NCBI GenBank assembly: GCA_963710945.1
Contig: CAVQCH010000002.1
Coordinates: 324,843 to 388,842, forward strand
Source of the DNA: an uncultured Acidobacteriota bacterium
GTDB lineage: Bacteria > Acidobacteriota > Thermoanaerobaculia > UBA5066 > Gp7-AA6
Direction of reading: 5' to 3'
DNA length: 64,000 nt
Positions within the stretch are counted from its first letter, which is position 1. Every line of letters begins with the position of its first letter. Positions 20,992 to 28,200 of this stretch are shown here, one piece after another. The notes under the pieces are model-generated. The model worked only from the letters and a program-made list of their open reading frames with translations, was not told where the DNA came from and made no database searches. The translations under genes and the position numbers were made by a program.

Positions 20992-22259
20992 CTTCGCCGC
21001 CCCGGCGCGTCGCCGTGACCGGGGTGGGCGCGATCTGCGCGCTCGGCCGCGACGCTCCGGGAATGTGGGCGGCCCTCTGCGAGGGCCGGTCGGGAATCGC
21101 CCCCATCGAGTCGGTCGACATGACCGGCCTTCGGTTTCAGAACGGGGCCGAAGTGAAGGACTTCGATCCCGCCGAGCACTTCGATCCTGGCCGCATGGAC
21201 CTGCTGGACCGCTTCGCGCAGTTCGCCGTCATCGCTGCCCGGGAGGCCGTGCGGGACTCCGGCGTGGAGCTCACGCCGGAACGGGGAGAGCGGACCGCGG
21301 TCTTCACCGGATCGAGCCTGGGCGGCCAGACCACGGAGGATGCGGCCTTCGTGGAGCTCTATCAGCGCCGATCCGGCCGCATCCATCCACTCTCGATTCC
21401 CCGGACCATGGCCAACGCCGGGGCGAGCCAGATCTCGATGGAATTCGGCGTGACCGGCCCCTGTCTCACGACCTCGACCGCGTGCTCTTCCGCCAGCCAC
21501 GCGATCGGCCAGGCCTTCTGGATGGTGCGCGGCGGAGCCGTGGACCTCGCCCTTGCCGGGGGCAGCGAAGCCCCTTTTTCTCCGGGGCACCTGAGGGCCT
21601 GGGAGGCGATGCGGGTCGTCGCTCCGGACACGTGCCGGCCTTTCTCTCTCGATCGCCGAGGGCTGATCCTCGGGGAGGGGGGCGCGATGCTCGTGCTCGA
21701 GCCGCTCGACGCGGCCAGAGCCCGGGGAGCCCCGATTTACGCCGAGATCTCGGGCTTCGGCATGTCTTCCGATGCCCACCACGTGACGCAGCCGACCGTC
21801 GCCGGGCCGGCTCGCGCGATGCGCGGGGCGCTCGCCGACGCGGACCTCCTCCCCGAGCAGATCGGCTACATCAACGCCCACGGCACGGGAACGCGCGGCA
21901 ACGATTCGGCCGAGGCCCGCGCGATTCGAGAGGTCTTCGGCGCTTGCGCGGATCGCCTCGCCGTCAGCTCGACCAAGTCGATGCACGGACACGCCCTCGG
22001 CGCGGCGGGCGCGCTGGAGGCGGTCGCTACGGTGCTCGCTCTACAAAAGGGGATTCTTCCGCCGACGGCGAACTTCACCGCTCCGGATCCCGAATGCGAC
22101 CTCGACGTCGTGCCCAACCGGTCTCGAGCCGCCGCTCCCGAGGCAGCGCTGTCGAACTCCTTCGCTTTCGGGGGTCTCAACGCGGTGCTCGCCTTCCGCG
22201 CGACCCGGGATCGGCACGATGGGCAGGCGCGCTCGCAAGGGCCGGAATGGCCCGTTTGA
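20988..22259 (+). CDS. beta-ketoacyl-ACP synthase II-like ketosynthase (FabF family)
   Basis: Active-site Cys (TTSTACSSAS), His motifs (...DAHHVTQP..., ...INAHGTGT...), C-terminal FAFGGLNAVLAF. Confidence 0.85.
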   Translation: MTSPPRRVAVTGVGAICALGRDAPGMWAALCEGRSGIAPIESVDMTGLRFQNGAEVKDFDPAEHFDPGRMDLLDRFAQFAVIAAREAVRDSGVELTPERGERTAVFTGSSLGGQTTEDAAFVELYQRRSGRIHPLSIPRTMANAGASQISMEFGVTGPCLTTSTACSSASHAIGQAFWMVRGGAVDLALAGGSEAPFSPGHLRAWEAMRVVAPDTCRPFSLDRRGLILGEGGAMLVLEPLDAARARGAPIYAEISGFGMSSDAHHVTQPTVAGPARAMRGALADADLLPEQIGYINAHGTGTRGNDSAEARAIREVFGACADRLAVSSTKSMHGHALGAAGALEAVATVLALQKGILPPTANFTAPDPECDLDVVPNRSRAAAPEAALSNSFAFGGLNAVLAFRATRDRHDGQARSQGPEWPV

Positions 22260-22400
22260 GCGACTCGATTTCAGCGGCCGTCCCGCGAAAAGTCGATCGC
22301 AAAGGACCTATCGGGGCCTTAGAGTTGCTTCGCGGCCGGCCTCGACTCGCATATCATGGGAAGGCAGGTGTCTACTAAACGGAGGGAGTCAGGTCGTCAC

Positions 22401-23174
22401 ATGAATGCAGCGAAGGTCACGACGAGCGCGCCTGCCGGCGCGGCGCCGGCGGAGGCGGGAACGGTGAACGCGGCACCCCGTGCCGTGCGGTTCGTCAACA
22501 ACGACGACGCCTCCTGCCGGATGTTCGGCAGCAACGTCCAGGAGGCCCTGAGCCACGTGCCCCCCTGGGCGCCGCACGCCATCTTCCTGCCGGCCGTCGC
22601 CTTTGCGCTCGCGGCGGCCTTCCGGACGGCGAGCCCGGCGCGGGTGGGGGTGCTCGTTCTCGGAGGACTCTTCCTCTGGACTCTCCTCGAGTACCTGATC
22701 CACCGGTCGATCTTCCATCCGCCGCAGTGGATCGAAGACGACACGCGGCGCGTCGTCGGCTCGCTCGCCCCGGGCCAGGCCGTGTTGCCGGCCCTCCCGA
22801 CGCTGCGCCACAAGTTCTATTTCGTGGTGCATGGCGTGCATCACGACTATCCCAACGACTCGACCCGTCTGGTGATGCCGCCATCCGTGAGCATCCCGCT
22901 GGCGGCTCTTTTCTTTCTGGCCTTCGAGGCGGTCTTCGGGGCCGCGGCGGCGCCCGCGGTGTTCGCCGGCTTCATCGCGGGATACCTGGTATACGACACG
23001 ATCCACTTCGTCGTGCATCACGCGAGCGGATCCTGGGCGCTCGTCCGGGCGCTGAAGCGCCGCCACTTCCGGCATCACTACGCGGACTCGAGCCACGACT
23101 TCGGCGTCAGCTCGCCGCTGTGGGACCTCGTCCTCGGCACGCTCGGAAGCGCGGAGACCGGACGCCGCCGCTGA
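22401..23174 (+). CDS. fatty-acid hydroxylase / sterol-desaturase superfamily membrane protein
   Basis: His boxes HRSIFH, HGVHHDYP, HFVVHH, HHYAD in a 4-TM protein; GGAGGGAG Shine-Dalgarno. Confidence 0.75.
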   Translation: MNAAKVTTSAPAGAAPAEAGTVNAAPRAVRFVNNDDASCRMFGSNVQEALSHVPPWAPHAIFLPAVAFALAAAFRTASPARVGVLVLGGLFLWTLLEYLIHRSIFHPPQWIEDDTRRVVGSLAPGQAVLPALPTLRHKFYFVVHGVHHDYPNDSTRLVMPPSVSIPLAALFFLAFEAVFGAAAAPAVFAGFIAGYLVYDTIHFVVHHASGSWALVRALKRRHFRHHYADSSHDFGVSSPLWDLVLGTLGSAETGRRR

Positions 23175-23258
23175 TACGGGCGACAGGCCCGCGCGGCCTG
23201 TCGGCTGTCCGTCTCGTCTGAAACTGCCGCGTGTAGATGAGACGGCGCCGAGCCGCCC

Positions 23259-24342
23259 CTAATTCGTCAGGGAGATTTCGACGGTCTCGCTCTTGCCGGG
23301 TCCCACGACCACCGTGCGCTCCTCGGTCTTCATGCCGGGCCGGGAGACGGTGACCGAGTGCTGCCCCGGCGGGACCTGCATGCCCCTGGCCAGGGTCGAA
23401 AGCTCCTGCCCGGACCCCACGAAAGTGTCGTTCAGGTAAACGGCCGCGTCGCCCGGCTGAATCAGGAAGAGGATGCGGGCTCTCGTTTTCGGCACCGTGC
23501 CGGCGCCCGGAGGCGGCGCCTGGACCTGAACCTCATCACCGTAGGGCGCAGGCTGGTCGCGGTCGCGCCAGGACTGGTACTGGCCCTGGGCCCAATCGCC
23601 CTGGTCCTCGACCGCCTGGACGTCCGCGGACGGGTACGTCGAAACGTAGCCCGACGTGTCGTAGCCGCTCCACCAACCTGGCGACCCCCAACCCCAACCC
23701 CAACCCCAGTCTGCCCAACCGAGGCCCCAGCCCCATCCCCATCCCGGGTAGTAGTAGTAGCCGCCGCCGTAGTAGGGGTTGTATCCGTGTCCGTAGTAAC
23801 CGTGGCCACCGTAGTAACCGTGACCACCGTGATAGCCGCCGCCACCGTGATAGCCGCCGCCGCTGCCACCGTGATAGCCGCCGCCGCTGCCACCGTGGTA
23901 GCCGCCACCGCTGCCACCGTGATAGCCGCCGCCGCTGCCACCGTGATAGCCGCCGCCGCTGCCACCGTGATAGCCGCCGCCGCTGCCACCGTGGTAGCCG
24001 CCACCGCTGCCACCGTGATAGCCGCCGCCGCCACCACCGTGGTAGCCGCCACCGCTGCCACCGCTGATAGCCGCCGCCGCCGCTGCCACCTCGATAGCCG
24101 CCACCGGCACCGGGATAGCTGCCGCCACCGCCGCCGTGAGATCCGCTGCTGCCACCACCGTGATAACCGCCACCGCCGCCGTGGGATCCACCGCCACCGC
24201 CGCCACCGTGGGATCCGCCGCCACCACCGTGAGACCCACCGCCCGAATGTTGGCCGGGCGCCGCGGTCGCCAAACCAAAGGCCAGCGCGCCCGCGAGAAG
24301 GAGCGGTTGAACCTTCGAGCCAGCCCTCAAAAACTTGTTCAT
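23259..24342 (-). CDS. secreted Gly/Tyr/His-rich repeat protein with GW repeats and C-terminal PEGA domain (one +1 frameshift inside the repeat array near 24075)
   Basis: Signal peptide MNKFLRAGSKVQPLLLAGALAFGLATAAPG; (GGSGGGYH)n then GYYGGHGYYGHGYNPYYGGGYYYYPGWGWGWGLGWADWGWGWGWGSPGWW; C-terminal PEGA-like ...ILFLIQPGDAAVYLNDTFVGSG...PPGQHSVTVSRPGMKTEERTVVVGPGKSETVEISL. Confidence 0.7.
23800..24240 (-). repeat. imperfect 24-bp tandem repeat array (about 18 units) encoding GGSGGGYH / GGGSHGG
   Basis: Unit ccaccgtgatagccgccgccgctg repeated head-to-tail with minor variants. Confidence 0.85.
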
Positions 24343-24563
24343 GGACAAAGCCTTCGCATTCTAACCACGCAAGAACGGGGCCACGCGGTGAGCGCCGCCC
24401 GCGGCCGGAAGTTCAATGGATTGGGCAGGTTGGACGGGCGCCCTCGCCGGGCGTCACCGTGCCCTGACCTCGGCATAGGTCAAAGCGTCACCCGGAAGTC
24501 GCGATCCGCCGATCCCTCGACACACGTGCGCCCGCAGATACAGTTCACAACGACGGAGGACGC

Positions 24564-25175
24564 ATGACGACCACTCCCGAGACCCCTCATTTCGATCCGA
24601 CGCATCCCCAGCATCACTTTCGGTTCCACGTTCCCCATCTTCATCTCGGGTCGGCCTTCGGGGACGACTGGTTCGCGCTGAAGGCCGAGGCATTCGCACG
24701 GTTCTTCGGCACGCCGGTCTTTCTCGTGGCGCAGAGCGTGATCGTCGCCGTCTGGATAGGGCTGAACGTCTTTCGAGTGGTCTCGTTCGACCTTTATCCC
24801 TTCATCCTGCTCAATCTGGCGTTCAGCCTCCAGGCCGCGTACGCCGCACCGCTCATCCTGCTCGCCCAGACTCGACAGGCGGACCGGGACAAGGCGCACT
24901 CCGAGGCGGACGCCCAGCATCGGGAAGCCCTCGCGGCGGCCAGCGCGCAGCGCCAGCTTCTCGCCGCGGAGCAGACCGCGCAGCTGCTGGTACTGGTCGA
25001 GCAGAACACGCGACTGACGGAGCTCGCAAAGGAGCTGAGCCACCGGATCGAGGCGCTCACCCTCGACCTGCACGGAAAGGTCTGCAGGGGAGAGCCAGAC
25101 GGGAATGCGGGGTCCGGCGGCGCCGCCAAGAGTGTTCCCCCGCGACGTAGAATCCGCGCGGCGGTAATTCGATAG
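24564..25175 (+). CDS. DUF1003 domain membrane protein
   Basis: FGTPVFLVAQSVIVAVWIGLNV...FDLYPFILLNLAFSLQAAYAAPLILLAQTRQADRDK, a DUF1003 signature. Confidence 0.7.
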   Translation: MTTTPETPHFDPTHPQHHFRFHVPHLHLGSAFGDDWFALKAEAFARFFGTPVFLVAQSVIVAVWIGLNVFRVVSFDLYPFILLNLAFSLQAAYAAPLILLAQTRQADRDKAHSEADAQHREALAAASAQRQLLAAEQTAQLLVLVEQNTRLTELAKELSHRIEALTLDLHGKVCRGEPDGNAGSGGAAKSVPPRRRIRAAVIR

Positions 25176-25237
25176 CACTCTCGGCCGGAACGCGTCTGGG
25201 CCCCTACGAGATCGTCGCGCCTCTCGGGGCGGGCGGG

Positions 25238-28200
25238 ATGGGGGAGGTGTACCGGGCGCGGGACTCGAAGTTGAAGCGCGACGTGGCGGTCAAGGTACTG
25301 CCGCAGTCGCTGGCCGCCGATCCCGATGCGCTGGCGCGGTTCGAGCGCGAGGCCCTGGCGGTCGCGGCGCTGTCCCATCCGAACATCCTCTCCATCTTCG
25401 ACTTCGGGACGCATGAGGGGACGGCCTACGCGGTCATGGAGCTTCTGGACGGGGAGACGCTGCGCGGGAAGATCGACACCGGCCCGATTCTGCAGAAGCA
25501 GGCCGTGGACTATGCGCTCCAGATCGCGAAGGGCCTTTCCGCCGCCCACGAGAAGGGGATCGTCCACCGGGATCTGAAGCCCGAGAACCTCTTCGTTTCC
25601 AGGGACGGCCATCTCAAGATCCTCGACTTCGGTCTGGCCAAGCGCGTCGAGGCCGTCGCTCCGGGCGAGGAGACGAGCGCGCCGACGGGTTCGGGCCACA
25701 CGGAGCCCGGGACGGTGATGGGCACGGCGGGCTACATGTCGCCCGAGCAGGTGAAGGGGTTCGCGGTGGATCATCGCTCGGACATCTTCTCGTTCGGGAC
25801 GATCCTCTACGAGCTGCTTTCGGGCAGGAAGGCGTTCAAGCGGGATTCGAGCGCCGAGACGATGGCGGCCATCCTGCGAGACGACCCGCCGGAGTTGTCG
25901 GAATCCGGGCGGAACATCTCTCCCGCTCTCGACCGTGTCGTCAAGCATTGCCTGGAGAAGGACCGGGAACATCGGTTCCAGTCGGCCAGGGACATCGTGT
26001 TCAACCTCTCGGAGCAGCTGACGCCAGCGCCGACGGGCGGCCCCCGGGAAACCGCCCCGCCGATCGGCTCCAAGGGCTTCTGGATCGCCGTGCTGCCCTT
26101 CAAGTACGGAGGCGCCAACGCCGATCTCGCGGCCCTGGCCGACGGGCTCTCTGACGAAATCGTGACGGGTCTTTCGCGGTTTCGATATCTCTCGGTCGTT
26201 GCGAGCGCCTCGGCGGCGCGTCTGAAGGGCGTAGCGGGAGACGAGCGGTCCCTGGGCGCTCAACTCGGCGCGCGTTACGTGCTGGAGGGGAGCATTCGCG
26301 AGGGCGGTTCCGCCATTCGCGTGAGCGCCCGGCTCGTCGACGCCCAGACGGGAGCGCAGCTCTGGTCCGAGACGTTTGAACGGGACCTCCGGACGTCGGG
26401 CATCTTCGCGGCTCAGGACGACGTCGCCGCCCGCATCGTCGCGACGGTCGCCGACAGCTACGGGGTGCTCGTGCATTCGATAAGTGCCGCGGCCCGGCAG
26501 AAGGACGACGCCGATCTCACGCCGTTGGAGTGGCAGTTCCAGTATTTCGCCTACCGCGAGCAGATCACTCCCTCGGCCTACGCGGAGCTCAAGAGCCGGC
26601 TGGAGCGTGCGGTGGAGCGGGACGGCCGCCAGTCGGACCTCTGGGCGTGTCTCGCGCAGATCTTCGTCGACGAATACGCGTTTGGCTTCGGGACCGACCC
26701 GGCCGCTCTCGATCGTGCCCTGGCCGCGGCCCGCCGCGCGGTCGAACTCGATCGGGCGAACCAGTTTGCGCTCGTCGCGCTCGCCCAGACGCACTTCTTT
26801 CGCCAGGACCTCGCGGCGTTTGGTCCCGCGGCCGAGCGCGCGATGGCCCTCAACCCGCTCAACACCGACGCGGTCGGGATCCTGGGGTTGCAGATCGTGC
26901 ACACCGGCGACTTCGAGCGAGGCGCCGCGATCGTGCGTCGCGCGATGGAGCTCAATGCCAATCACGCGGGTTGGATGCATTTCGCTCCGCTCTGGGAGCA
27001 CTTCCACAAGGGCGAGTACGAGCAGGCTCTCGAGTGCGCGAACCGGGTAGACGTGCCCGGCCTTTTCTGGCCTTATCTCGTGGTGGCGTCTGCCTGCGGG
27101 CACCTCGGCCGGCGCGCCGAAGCCGCGGCCGCGGTCCGCGACCTGTTGTCGCTCGACCCCGAATTTGCGGCGCACGCGCGCTCGAACATCGGGAGCTGGC
27201 ACTTCGCGAGCGGCCTGATGGGGCCGATCCTGGATGGGCTGCGCAAGGCGGGGCTCGATCTGGCTCCCGAGCAGGAGCCTGCCGCCGCGGCTCGCCGGCG
27301 CGCTCCGGCTTCCGCAGCGCACTCGGGCGCCGCCCGCGCCGACGAGGGCTTCCGGGTCGCGGTGCTGCCGTTCAAGTACGGCGGAACCGACGCCGCTGTC
27401 ACGACGCTGGCCGAAGGGCTGGCGGAGGGGATCGTGACCGGGCTGTCACGTTTCTCCTACCTCCGGGTGATCTCGCGCACTTCCGGCGACAAGAATCTCG
27501 GTGCGCGCTATGTGATGGAGGGAAGTCTGCGGCAGGCGGGGACCAAACTGCGTCTGGCGGTACAGCTCGTGGACACGACTTCCGGTGCAAATCTCTGGGC
27601 CGAAGACTATGAACGCCCGTTCGCCCCGGACGCGGCCTTCGAGCTTCAGGACGATCTGGTTCCGCGGATCGTTTCGACGGTCGCGGATCAGTACGGCGCG
27701 CTGGTGCACAGCATGAGCGAGTCGCTGCGCGGCAGAAGCGCCACGGAATACTCCGCGCACGAGGCGGTGCTGCGGGCCTTCGGTTACTGGGAGCGCGTCA
27801 CCCTGGAGGAACACGCGGAAGTTCGCGAGATCCTCGAAGCGGCGGTTGCTCGCGCCCCCGGCCACAGCGACTGCCTCGCCGAACTGTCGTTGATTTACGG
27901 GCACGAGTACGTGTTCGGATACAACCTCAGGCCCGATCCACTGGGCCGCGCGCGTGCGGCCGCGCAACGCGCGGTCGCATCGGCGCCGACCAGCCACTTC
28001 GCCCACTGCGCATTGGCTTGCGGCTTGTTCTTCCTGAGGGACTTCCAGGCCTTCCGAACGGCGGCGGACCGCACCCTCGCCCTGAATGGAATGGATTCCT
28101 CCACCGCGGCGCTGCTCGGAACGATGATCGCCTATGCCGGTGACTGGGAATACGGGCTGGGCGTCGTGGAACGAGCGAAGCAACTCAACCCGCATCATCC

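Noticed and set aside
23800-24240. Possible CRISPR array (regular short repeats)
   Set aside because: The 24-bp units are contiguous with no spacers, in-frame, and encode the GGSGGGYH protein repeat. No cas genes nearby.
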